From contig CAVUAK010000001.1 of NCBI GenBank assembly GCA_963739455.1, positions 32,001 to 96,000 on the forward strand: a DNA stretch of 64,000 nucleotides, read 5' to 3'. Positions within the stretch are counted from its first letter, which is position 1, and every line of letters begins with the position of its first letter. The notes beneath the pieces were generated by a model. It searched no databases. It had not been told where the DNA came from and saw nothing but the letters and a program-made list of their open reading frames with translations. Made by a program: the position numbers and the translations under genes. This document shows, one piece after another, positions 10,441 through 19,241 of this stretch. The DNA is from an uncultured Gemmatimonadales bacterium. GTDB lineage: Bacteria; Gemmatimonadota; Gemmatimonadetes; Gemmatimonadales; GWC2-71-9.

Positions 10441-12990
10441 ATGAAACTCACGACCTTCGGCGGGCTCACGATCACGAACGGTGCGGAGTTGGCGGGGGAG
10501 CCCCGCCTGCAGCGCCGGCAATTGGCGCTGCTCACGGTGCTGGCGACCGAGGGTGCGGGAGGCGTCACACGCGACCGGCTGATGCTCCTCTTCTGGCCCG
10601 ACCGGGAAACCGACAGGGCCCGGCACGCGCTGGACCAGGTGCTGTATGTGGCGCGCCGCGAGCTAGGCGCGGAGGCGCTGGTACAGGGGCCGACAACCCT
10701 GCACCTGAATGCGAAGGTGCTGCCCAGCGATGTCGGGGATTTTTCTTCGGCGCTTGGCCGAGGGGATCTCGACGCCGCGGTCGCGGCCTACACCGGGCCG
10801 TTCCTGGACGGCGTCCACATTCCGGATGCCGACGAGTTCGAGCGATGGGCGGAGGGGCGTCGCACCCAATTCGCGAATGCGTTCGTGCAGGCCCTGACCC
10901 GCCTGGCCAAGCAGGCCAGCGCCAGCGGCGACTACGCACTTGCCGAGCAGCACCTGCGCCGTGCCGCGGCAAGCGCGCCGCTGGACGGCACAGTGGCGCG
11001 CGCGCTGGCGCTGGCGCTGGCCTACGGCGGAAACCCAGGCGCGGCGGTGGAACTCGCCCGCGCGCACATTGCACTGGTGCGCCAGGAGCTCGGCGTCGGG
11101 CCTGATGCCGCGCTGCCCGAGCTCATCGAGAAGTTGCAGTCGCCCACACCAATGGTTCCACCGGTTCCGCCAAGAACATCGGCGGCGATCCGCGCAGTAC
11201 CACGGGTGGAGGAACCGGGTCCGGCCGACCCGGTGTCCGATGCGCCGGCAGCAGACCGATCGCCGTCGCGGGCCGGCCGACTGGGCGCAATCACTCTCGC
11301 GCTGGCCACGGTCGTGCTGCTGGTCGTCCTGGTGGCGCGGATGGAGGGCACGGCGGGTCGTCATGCTGCAGTCATGCTGAAGGATCGCCACCAGCTCACG
11401 ACGACCGGCAGGATCACCCAACCCGCGCTTTCACCCGACGGCGCGTACCTGGCGTACGTCACGACGCACTGCGGACCGGCGGGGTGCGCGTCAGATGTCA
11501 ACATCCAGGAGGTCGGGACCCGTGCTACGCGCACTATCGTAGAGGGTGTGTCGCTCGTCGAATACATCGGGTGGAGCCCGGACCGGCGGAACCTCATGAT
11601 CGGCGGCACACTGGTCAAGGGCGTGAACGGCCTGTATCTCGTGTCGGTCCTCGGCGGCAGCCCGCGTCACATCAGCGGCTTCTACTTTCCGGCATTCTTT
11701 GCCGGGGGCGACTCCCTGCTCCTGGTGCCGAGCGCGGGCTCGGACAGTGTGTACTGGGCGCGCGTTGCCGCTCTGGACGGCGTTCCACGAGACAGCATCG
11801 CGGTTCCGGGCCCGGGAGTGGGGATCCAGTACGCGATGAATGTCCCCGGCACGTCGTGGTTCGTCCTCCTCGTCATGCAGCGGCAGGGGGTCCAGCTCCG
11901 CGTGATCGACCGCGCGGGCCGGGAGACCGACCGGCGGAGCTTCTCGTCGCTCGGCCTGACGCAGGTGTCGCGCGATGCGCTGTGGTACAGCAGCGAGTTC
12001 AACCTCATGCGGGTTCCGTTCGACACGGCGATGGGCCGGTTCGGTGCGACGATCGACACGGTCTATACCGGACTCTTCACCGGTTTCGACGTGACGGCCG
12101 ATGGCCGCCAGCTCATGCTCGACGAGGGCACCGAAGACTACGACGTCTGGGCGCTCACATTCGACGACGCACTGCGCGGCAAGTTCACGCCTGACCGGCG
12201 ACTGGCCCATGGCACGGCTCGCTTCGCCGTCACGGTCAGCCCGGATGGCCAGCGCGTCCTGCTCGCCAGGGCAACGGGGATCGCCGAGGCGGTTCACTTT
12301 CGGCTGTCAACAATGCCATTTGATGGAGGGGCCGAGACGCCTGTGCCGACAAGGGGCGACCCCGGGGGATGGAGCTGGATCGACTCGACCACGATCGCGG
12401 TCAATGAATTCGAGTCGGGCCGGGCGCATGCCGTCCTGCTTGACGTGCGCGACGGCAGACGCCTGGACGAGTTCACTCCGCCCGATTCCTCGATGGCGTG
12501 CTGCCCCATGGTGTCGGCAAACGGGGTCTGGGCGTGGGTGCCGGGCGACGAGCAGAGCATCCGGGTGCAAGGCCGCGGAGAGACGACGCCGCGCACCTTC
12601 CCGGCTCCGGCATGGTTCCAGGGCATCTGGTCAATCACCCTCTCGCCCGACGGGAAGCAGGTCCTCTACCTGGGCAAGAGCGTCCTGACCGACTCACTCC
12701 GGGTCAACGTGCTGTCGCTCACGGACAGTTCAACGACGACCTGGTGGACCATCGCGGGCGTACCGGAGATCGACGCCGGCTGGCTGCAGGATGGGACAAT
12801 GCTGCTGGGGGTGCACAAGACGGCGGACACGCGCACCTTCTACCGGCTGCGGGTGCCGGGAAAAGCAGACTTGCTGGGAACGATTCCGCGGGCAGTGTGG
12901 GGGGTGGATGTGACGCCCGACATTAAGCGGGCGGTGATCAGCACGCGGGAGCACAATGGCGATGCGTGGTTGTATCGGGTGGCGAACTGA
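10441..12990 (+). CDS. SARP/AfsR-like wHTH-BTAD regulator fused to a TM helix and an extracytoplasmic PD40 beta-propeller
   Basis: LTTFGGL, VTRDRLMLLFWPD..ARHALDQ, YTGPFLDG..FERW, ELGVGPD; TM LGAITLALATVVLLVVLVA; LSPDG/WSPD repeats. Confidence 0.85.
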   Translation: MKLTTFGGLTITNGAELAGEPRLQRRQLALLTVLATEGAGGVTRDRLMLLFWPDRETDRARHALDQVLYVARRELGAEALVQGPTTLHLNAKVLPSDVGDFSSALGRGDLDAAVAAYTGPFLDGVHIPDADEFERWAEGRRTQFANAFVQALTRLAKQASASGDYALAEQHLRRAAASAPLDGTVARALALALAYGGNPGAAVELARAHIALVRQELGVGPDAALPELIEKLQSPTPMVPPVPPRTSAAIRAVPRVEEPGPADPVSDAPAADRSPSRAGRLGAITLALATVVLLVVLVARMEGTAGRHAAVMLKDRHQLTTTGRITQPALSPDGAYLAYVTTHCGPAGCASDVNIQEVGTRATRTIVEGVSLVEYIGWSPDRRNLMIGGTLVKGVNGLYLVSVLGGSPRHISGFYFPAFFAGGDSLLLVPSAGSDSVYWARVAALDGVPRDSIAVPGPGVGIQYAMNVPGTSWFVLLVMQRQGVQLRVIDRAGRETDRRSFSSLGLTQVSRDALWYSSEFNLMRVPFDTAMGRFGATIDTVYTGLFTGFDVTADGRQLMLDEGTEDYDVWALTFDDALRGKFTPDRRLAHGTARFAVTVSPDGQRVLLARATGIAEAVHFRLSTMPFDGGAETPVPTRGDPGGWSWIDSTTIAVNEFESGRAHAVLLDVRDGRRLDEFTPPDSSMACCPMVSANGVWAWVPGDEQSIRVQGRGETTPRTFPAPAWFQGIWSITLSPDGKQVLYLGKSVLTDSLRVNVLSLTDSSTTTWWTIAGVPEIDAGWLQDGTMLLGVHKTADTRTFYRLRVPGKADLLGTIPRAVWGVDVTPDIKRAVISTREHNGDAWLYRVAN

Positions 12991-12994
12991 AGCA

Positions 12995-13029
12995 GGGTGA
13001 GGAGTGAGGAGTGAGGGGTGAGGGGTGAG
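12995..13029 (+). repeat. Heptamer tandem repeat (G(G/A)GTGAG x5) between convergent genes
   Basis: gggtgag gagtgag gagtgag gggtgag gggtgag. Confidence 0.85.
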
Positions 13030-13035
13030 GGGGTC

Positions 13036-14286
13036 CTACTTCACCGCCGCCAGTGCGGGGTCGATGCCGGAGACGTAGTCCTGGAAGGTGAGCGGTGCGG
13101 GAATCGACACGGGGATCCAGGGGCGAGTATCGCGGGGATCGGAGAGTTGCCAGTAGAGTGACGAGACGCGGAAGGTGACGTGGCTGTTGGGGAGCACGAA
13201 GCGGTAGGAGTCACCGTAGTGGGTGCCGCGACTACTGGTGGGCTCGCCGACAAAGATGGCGTCGCTGTACGTCTCCAATTCCGAAACGAGCATCTGGGCC
13301 GCAGAGAAAGTGCGGCGACCGGTGACGACGTACAGCCGGCCCGGCGCGTCATACCGGGACTTGATGAGGCTCCGGAGGATGTCGCGGTTCCACTGGGCGT
13401 TCCCTCCCCCGTTCAGCCTGAGGTCAAGGACGAAGCGACCGGCACCCGCCGAGTCGGCGGAGTGGAGCGCGCGGGCAAGGAAGGTGGAGAGGGAGTCGTC
13501 GCTCTCCTGGAGGATGGCGTTGAGCTGGACATAGAGTGCGCGGGACTCGGGGAGATAGCGATACCAGTACGTGTCTCCCGCATTGCTGAGCCAGAGGGGC
13601 GTGGGCGCCTTGTCGCGGGCATCGACCCAGCCGGCGCGGGGCATCCAGGTGCGGTCGGTCTCCCCAGTGAGCATGGGAAAGAGGCCGATGGGCGTGAGCA
13701 TGACGTCGCGGCGGCCCTTGGGCGTGTCGAGTGTGAGCGTGGCGTGACCGGCGTCGGGCGCCAGGCCGACGCTGAAGAGCACTTCGGGCATGGCGAGGAG
13801 CATGGGGGCGCGGGCCAGGACGCCCATCTCGTTGTCGCGACTGACGAGCGGGCGAATGCGGGTGAGAGCGCTGTCGACAGGGACGCCGCCAATGGCGATG
13901 ACCCTGCTGCCGACGAGGTCGGCGTGGGGAGACGTCGCCGCACGAATGCGGAGCCCGTCATCAAAGGCGTAGAAGGTGACGGGGAGCTCGTGAAAGACGG
14001 TGGCGGTATCGCGCCAGGGGCCGACGCTCGAGTGACCGTCACCAATGAGCGCGGCGAGGCGCTGGAGCTCGACGATGACCTGCGACCGCTGCATGCGCGG
14101 GAGGTTCTGCTCGATGCTGGTGAGCGCGCTGTCGAACTGGGAGCGGGTCATGGAGTGGAAGAGATTGGCGTGATGAGCCGGCGCCTGGATGCGAATGACG
14201 GCGAGGTCCTCGCGCCATTGGCGAATGTGGGTGGTGTCGAGTGTGGGGGCCTGCTGAAGGAACAGTGCGAGGAGGGCGAGGGTCAT
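13036..14286 (-). CDS. Secreted S41-family (tail-specific protease-like) peptidase
   Basis: IGDGHS, LDLRLNGGGN, TFSAA, FVGEPT motifs; signal peptide. Confidence 0.75.
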   Translation of the reverse strand: MTLALLALFLQQAPTLDTTHIRQWREDLAVIRIQAPAHHANLFHSMTRSQFDSALTSIEQNLPRMQRSQVIVELQRLAALIGDGHSSVGPWRDTATVFHELPVTFYAFDDGLRIRAATSPHADLVGSRVIAIGGVPVDSALTRIRPLVSRDNEMGVLARAPMLLAMPEVLFSVGLAPDAGHATLTLDTPKGRRDVMLTPIGLFPMLTGETDRTWMPRAGWVDARDKAPTPLWLSNAGDTYWYRYLPESRALYVQLNAILQESDDSLSTFLARALHSADSAGAGRFVLDLRLNGGGNAQWNRDILRSLIKSRYDAPGRLYVVTGRRTFSAAQMLVSELETYSDAIFVGEPTSSRGTHYGDSYRFVLPNSHVTFRVSSLYWQLSDPRDTRPWIPVSIPAPLTFQDYVSGIDPALAAVK

Positions 14287-14294
14287 ACAGGAGT

Positions 14295-14331
14295 GAGACG
14301 GCGGCAACTGCCGATTGGTTGCCGCCGTCTC
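14295..14331. other. Perfect 14-bp hairpin between the cupin and peptidase genes
   Basis: GAGACGGCGGCAAC / GTTGCCGCCGTCTC; no clear U tract. Confidence 0.6.
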
Positions 14332-14341
14332 CTCGCAATGA

Positions 14342-14803
14342 CTACGGCGTTGCTGCGTGCTTCGTCGGGTCGTCGGCGGGATTGACGTAGGTCATCGCAA
14401 ACGGACCGGTGGACGCGACTGATACCACCGTTGGGCCGTGGGTGCTGGCGAAGTGGGCCATGCCGGCCTTGATGGAACCGCTGGAGCCCACGACCATCGG
14501 CTTGGCCTTCGCCTCATCGAAGGTGTTGCCCACGCCGACAAGGAAGGCGCCCTTCAGCACCGTCACCTTTTCGTCGGTGGGGTGCGTGTGCGGTGCAATG
14601 CGATAGCCGGCCGGCATGGAGAGTTCGATGACGAACGGACCGGGCTTGGCAGGATCGCCGCTCACGACAGCCAGCTGGGCCCCGGCGGGAAATATCGCCG
14701 GCGCCGGGCCCCACTTGAGGTCGGGAACGGCGGCGGCCTGCGCGGCGACCGAGGTGGCACCGGCGACCAAGCCGGCGGCGGCGAGAAAAAGGGCGTGGCG
14801 CAT
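14342..14803 (-). CDS. Secreted cupin-domain protein
   Basis: Signal peptide; GYRIAPHTHPTDEKVTVLKG cupin motif 1, HFA motif 2; GGAGG RBS. Confidence 0.85.
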   Translation of the reverse strand: MRHALFLAAAGLVAGATSVAAQAAAVPDLKWGPAPAIFPAGAQLAVVSGDPAKPGPFVIELSMPAGYRIAPHTHPTDEKVTVLKGAFLVGVGNTFDEAKAKPMVVGSSGSIKAGMAHFASTHGPTVVSVASTGPFAMTYVNPADDPTKHAATP

Positions 14804-14851
14804 ACTGCCTCCTGCGTTCGTGGTAGCTCGAACTGCCTCCCCTGCCCCTCC

Positions 14852-14880
14852 TTGGTACGGTCCGCCAGACTCCCTGTCAA
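14852..14880 (-). promoter_or_regulatory. Sigma70-like promoter for the cupin gene
   Basis: TTGACA-N17-TACCAA on the minus strand. Confidence 0.5.
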
Positions 14881-15014
14881 GCTTCAATGCTGATACCTTC
14901 GAGCCACAAATGGAGTGAATAGCGGTATCATATCCACCGGATCGTGTGCCTGCCGGCACAGCTTCAGGTGGGTCAACCGGGCTTTACAGACGACGAAAGG
15001 CAGGGCAGGAAGAC

Positions 15015-15230
15015 ATGGCCACACTGCTGAGCAAGGCACTCAAGCGGGCAATCAACATCAACGGTGCGGACTACGTGCTGACGATTACGCCGGAAGGGTT
15101 GACGCTCACCCCGAAGGGGAAGCGGAAGGGACAGTCGTGGACGTGGGGCCAGCTGCTGAGCGGCGAGGCCGGACTGGCGTCGGCGCTGGCGGCATCGGTG
15201 CGGGATGAGGGGACCGAGGGAAGCGAGTAA
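15015..15230 (+). CDS. Small hypothetical protein (71 aa)
   Basis: AGGAAG RBS, ATG start, MATLLSKALKRAINING... with high-GC codon usage. Confidence 0.7.
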   Translation: MATLLSKALKRAININGADYVLTITPEGLTLTPKGKRKGQSWTWGQLLSGEAGLASALAASVRDEGTEGSE

Positions 15231-15231
15231 G

Positions 15232-15258
15232 TAGGGCGGGTAAGGCGGGTAAGGCGGG
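15232..15258 (+). repeat. 9-mer tandem repeat TAAGGCGGG x3
   Basis: tagggcggg taaggcggg taaggcggg. Confidence 0.75.
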
Positions 15259-15266
15259 TAGGCACA

Positions 15267-16226
15267 TTGGTTGGAGGCGCGGTCCCAGCGGCTGGGATCG
15301 CGCCTTTCCTTTTCCAAGGGGCTGGGTTGATCCTCTTCATCCTGAACAGCGGGTCGGGCACGGGGAACTGCGACGCTATCACCACGCAGATTACCGAGCG
15401 CTTCTCAGTGCTGGGAGAAGAAGTGCGGATCGTCCTTGCCTCCACCGGTGAGGAGATGGAGTGGGCCGCCAGGCAGGGGCTCGCGGCCGGGGCGACCGCC
15501 ATCGTGGCGGGCGGCGGGGACGGTACGATCAGCACGGTCGCGGGGGTACTCGCCGACAGTGACGTCCCGCTCGGCGTCCTCCCCCTCGGCACCCTGAATC
15601 ACTTCGCAAAGGACCTGGGTATTCCACTGGAGCCGGCCAAGGCGCTCGAGGTGATCGTGGCGGGACACACGATCGCGGTGGATGCGGGCGAGGTGAACGG
15701 CAAGCTCTTCCTCAACAATTCGAGTCTCGGGCTCTACGCGCGGATCGTGCGGCTGCGACAGCGATACCAGGCGCGCGGGATCGCCAAGTGGTTCGTGGCG
15801 GCGTGGGCGATGCTCAAGGTGATGGAAGAGAACCCGGTCTTCACGGTCCGGATCGGGGTCAACGGTGAGAGCGTCACCTATCGCTCGTCGCTGGTGATGG
15901 TGGGCAACAATGCATACCGGATGGAAGGGCTGGACGCGGGTTCACGCGATTCGCTGACCAGCGGCCAGCTCAGCGTGTACGTGGTGCAGAGTGAGGGAAA
16001 GCTGGGCCTCGCCCGACTGATCTGGCAGATCGTCGCGGGCCGTGCCGAGGAGGGTGAGGAGTTCGAGGTGCACCATGTGACGGCGGCGACCGTGGAGACG
16101 GCATCCAGCACGATGCCCGTGGCGCGGGATGGAGAAGTAGCGCAGCTGACGATGCCGCTGCAATTCCGGATACGGTCGAAAGCGTTGCTCGTGCTGGCGC
16201 ACGAGCGACGTGAGGATGTGAAGTAG
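15267..16226 (+). CDS. Diacylglycerol/lipid kinase family protein (start uncertain)
   Basis: NSGSG, AGGGDGT, LPLGTLNHFAKDLGIP, VGNN, DGE motifs. Confidence 0.85.
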   Translation: MVGGAVPAAGIAPFLFQGAGLILFILNSGSGTGNCDAITTQITERFSVLGEEVRIVLASTGEEMEWAARQGLAAGATAIVAGGGDGTISTVAGVLADSDVPLGVLPLGTLNHFAKDLGIPLEPAKALEVIVAGHTIAVDAGEVNGKLFLNNSSLGLYARIVRLRQRYQARGIAKWFVAAWAMLKVMEENPVFTVRIGVNGESVTYRSSLVMVGNNAYRMEGLDAGSRDSLTSGQLSVYVVQSEGKLGLARLIWQIVAGRAEEGEEFEVHHVTAATVETASSTMPVARDGEVAQLTMPLQFRIRSKALLVLAHERREDVK

Positions 16227-16276
16227 ACCCTGGCGACGCAACGGGATTGTTGAGGAAGCTACGCGGCCTCGCAATG

Positions 16277-16312
16277 ACAAAGGGCGTGAGGATTTCTCCT
16301 CACGCCCTTTGT
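16277..16312. terminator. Bidirectional intrinsic terminator
   Basis: ACAAAGGGCGTGAGGA / TCCTCACGCCCTTTGT perfect 16-bp stem between convergent genes. Confidence 0.8.
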
Positions 16313-16325
16313 GTACAGCGACTGG

Positions 16326-16766
16326 CTACTGCCGGGCGCCGAGAGGCGCCGCGGTGACCACGACAGTGAGCGTCGCAGTGTCGTCGCTGACACCGCTGCC
16401 CGATGCCGTGAGCGTAAGGGGGTAGGTGCCCGGCACTGCGTCAGCAGCGGCGGAGACGGTGATGGCAGCAGTGCTTTCGCCGACACCCAGAGCGGCTGGA
16501 GCGAAGACAGCATCGACACCCGCCGGCTCACCGGTGACTGCGAGCCCCACGCCGCCCGCGAAGGTGCCACTTCGATCGATGGCAATACTGGCTGCGGCGG
16601 AACCGCCCTGGACGATCGTAATGGAGGCCGGGGTGACGCCGATGTCGATATCTCCCGTGGAATCGTTGCCGTCACTACCGCACGCCGACAAAGTGAAGGC
16701 GCCTGCAGAGATTGCGATCGCGGCTGCCAGCATCATGCTGCGGCGCCGAGCAAATGGCTTGGACAT
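16326..16766 (-). CDS. Hypothetical lipoprotein with one beta-sandwich domain
   Basis: Lipobox LSAC; Thr/Val-rich beta strands (VPGTYPLTLTASG). Confidence 0.65.
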   Translation of the reverse strand: MSKPFARRRSMMLAAAIAISAGAFTLSACGSDGNDSTGDIDIGVTPASITIVQGGSAAASIAIDRSGTFAGGVGLAVTGEPAGVDAVFAPAALGVGESTAAITVSAAADAVPGTYPLTLTASGSGVSDDTATLTVVVTAAPLGARQ

Positions 16767-16895
16767 CCAGAAGACCTCGTTCGAGAGTTGAAACACGCGG
16801 GGAGAGCGATTCCGCAGGATGCGGGACCCGGCTCTCCCTGTGTTCGTGATACACCCGTGACGTTGAGATGTATCGCTCGCGCGCGACTGACACTT

Positions 16896-17309
16896 CTACG
16901 TGCGCGTGCGTCCGTAGAGCGGCAATGGTCCGCGCGGAGCGCGCCGCACGACCGGCTGCCGAATGGCAGACACGACCACCAGGCTGAAGCCGAGCAGCCA
17001 GGCCGCCAGGGCGACAAACACGGAGTGCACCTGCTGCGGAACGGCCCAGAGGACCCCTGCGACGGCGAGAACGAAGGTGCCCCAGAAGGCAAAGCCAAAG
17101 CCGCGCCGCTTACGAAGGAGCAACGAGAGGATCATCGCGGAGGCGGCGGCGGCGGACAGCAACGCGCGGACGGCGGTGAGCAGCACCGGGCTTGGCGTTG
17201 TCGCGAGCGCCTGGGTGAGCCCCAGCGCGAGTGCGATAGCGCACAGCATGATGGTGATGTACCGAACGACTGTCAGCATTCGCGACGCTCCCAAGTTCAC
17301 ACCCGACAT
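16896..17309 (-). CDS. Hypothetical membrane protein (about 4 TM; start uncertain)
   Basis: Four hydrophobic segments in ORF 16896..17453. Confidence 0.5.
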   Translation of the reverse strand: MSGVNLGASRMLTVVRYITIMLCAIALALGLTQALATTPSPVLLTAVRALLSAAAASAMILSLLLRKRRGFGFAFWGTFVLAVAGVLWAVPQQVHSVFVALAAWLLGFSLVVVSAIRQPVVRRAPRGPLPLYGRTRT

Positions 17310-17397
17310 TTCCTTGTACCCCGAGCCATCGGAGACGGTATCGGGTATTCGTGATCTGGAGGATCTGACACTGGCACAACGGCGTACTTCCCTGCAG

Positions 17398-18423
17398 ATG
17401 GTCACCGATGACGTGCCGGGCATTTCGCGGCACCGTCGGGGAAGTTCGTTCATCTACAAGCGGGCCTCCGGTTCGGCGGTACGGGACGCCGCCTCGCTGG
17501 CGCGCATCCGCAAGCTCGCGATTCCGCCGGCGTGGAAAGAGGTGTGGATCGCGCCCGACGATCGGGCGCACATCCAGGCGACCGGGCGGGATGTGCGGGG
17601 GCGGAAGCAATACCGCTATCACGGCACCTGGAGCGCCGAGCGAGGGAAGGCCAAGTACGGGCGGCTGGCGGAGTTCGCGCGGGAGCTCCCGGGGATGCGT
17701 GCGCAACTCCGGCGCGACCTCAAGCGCACTGATGCGTCGCGGGAGCAGGTGCTGGCGCTGCTGGTGACGCTGCTCGAGGCGACGTTCATCCGGGTGGGGA
17801 ACGAGGAATACAAGCGAGCCAACGGGTCGTATGGTCTGACGACCCTCCAGGACCGTCATGTGACGATCAGCGGGTCGCACATCCGGTTCGCCTTCCGTGG
17901 CAAGGGTGGGAAGGACCGGCTGATCGACCTCAAGGACCGGCGGCTGGCGCGACTGGTGAAGCAGTGCCGGGATATCCGCGGGGCGCACCTGTTCCAGTAC
18001 GTGAACGCGAAAGGTCACCGGCGTCCGGCGCACTCGAGCGACCTCAATGGCTATATCAGCGGCATCGCCGACGGGGAATTCACCGCGAAGGATTTCCGCA
18101 CCTGGGGCGCGACGCTGACCGCCGCGCGGCTGCTCGACCGACATCGCGAGATCGTGATCGGTGTTCCGGGGAAGGCGGCGATGCTGCGGGACATTGCGGC
18201 GGTCGCGGCGGAGCTGGGGAATACGCCAGCGATCTGCCGGAAGAGCTACATCCATCCCTACCTGCTCAAGGCGTACCAGGACGAACCGGCCTGGAAGGAT
18301 TGGCGGCGCACGGCCGCGGGGCGTGCCGTGGCGGGCCTGGCACCGGACGAGGCGCGACTGCTTCGCTTTCTCGCGCTCGCGAGCCGAAGGAAGTCAGCTG
18401 GCTTGCATGGTGGAGCAGGCTAG
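17398..18423 (+). CDS. DNA topoisomerase IB (poxvirus-like bacterial TopIB)
   Basis: IPPAWKEVWI, GRKQYRYH, IRVGNEEY, FRGKGGK, FTAKDFRTW, LGNTPAICRKSYIHP (catalytic Tyr). Confidence 0.92.
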   Translation: MVTDDVPGISRHRRGSSFIYKRASGSAVRDAASLARIRKLAIPPAWKEVWIAPDDRAHIQATGRDVRGRKQYRYHGTWSAERGKAKYGRLAEFARELPGMRAQLRRDLKRTDASREQVLALLVTLLEATFIRVGNEEYKRANGSYGLTTLQDRHVTISGSHIRFAFRGKGGKDRLIDLKDRRLARLVKQCRDIRGAHLFQYVNAKGHRRPAHSSDLNGYISGIADGEFTAKDFRTWGATLTAARLLDRHREIVIGVPGKAAMLRDIAAVAAELGNTPAICRKSYIHPYLLKAYQDEPAWKDWRRTAAGRAVAGLAPDEARLLRFLALASRRKSAGLHGGAG

Positions 18424-18690
18424 CGATCGAAGGAAGGCGAGGCCGCCCGGAACCCCGAGGGGAACCGGGCGGCGCTTTCGGGGAGGACCTATGAACGATC
18501 GCACAGCAAAGAGGGCGTACTCCCTGTGGTCGATACTACCGCGGAAACATTGCTGAGTTTCGGTAACGTGCGGTCACGCCCTGCCGCCCGGGGTAGAGAT
18601 GTCATGCCTGAGGACAGCTCATGCTTCGTCCCGCGATCGGCGCGTTCTTGAAGGGCCGGCACCTTTTTATCGGGTGGCGCGCGCCCCGGA

Positions 18691-19191
18691 CTAGCTGAAC
18701 TGCACCGTGCCGGTATCGCTGCTGGTATCGGGCTTGCCGGTGACGGCTGCCTTCGCCATCGAGAACAGTGATGCAATCTTGCCGCCCGGGGTGTCCCAGT
18801 ACTCGGCCTCGTCAACATCCACGCGAATGAGGCGGACACGGGGATCATCGGGACCGTCGAACCAGGCATCCATGAACTTGTTCCAGAACTCCTTGATGCG
18901 ACTGCGATCGTTGAGCACCTGCGCCTTGCCGGTGAGCGAGAGATAGCTCTCGGAGGCCGACGAGGCGTAGGTGACGGCAACCGTTGGGAAGGCGGCGATA
19001 TCGACGATCTTCTGCGAGTCGACGTCGGAGAGGAACCAGATGCTGCCGTCGAACTCGGCGTCCTGGGTGGCCATGGGACGGCTGTGCGGCTTTCCCTGAG
19101 GAGTCAGAGTGACCAGCATCGCGGTACGAATGTCCTTGATGAGCTCGGCGACCTTGCGGATGCCAGCGTTGGGATCGGTGTCGGTGTGCAT
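18691..19191 (-). CDS. General stress protein 26 / pyridoxamine 5'-phosphate oxidase-like FMN-binding protein
   Basis: AMLVT..HSRPMA..WF..., AWFDGPDDP, AEYWD. Confidence 0.85.
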   Translation of the reverse strand: MHTDTDPNAGIRKVAELIKDIRTAMLVTLTPQGKPHSRPMATQDAEFDGSIWFLSDVDSQKIVDIAAFPTVAVTYASSASESYLSLTGKAQVLNDRSRIKEFWNKFMDAWFDGPDDPRVRLIRVDVDEAEYWDTPGGKIASLFSMAKAAVTGKPDTSSDTGTVQFS

Positions 19192-19241
19192 GGGCGGAAC
19201 TCCCGGGCTGAAAGACTTGAAGGCTTGAGGTGGAGCGCGCC

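Noticed and set aside
16963..17397. N-terminal extension of TopIB in the ORF track
   Set aside because: Overlaps a plausible minus-strand membrane protein gene; TopIB-like sequence begins near 17371-17398
17398..18423. TopIB as evidence of a prophage or viral insertion
   Set aside because: Bacterial TopIB genes are known chromosomal genes; no phage, integrase or att features nearby
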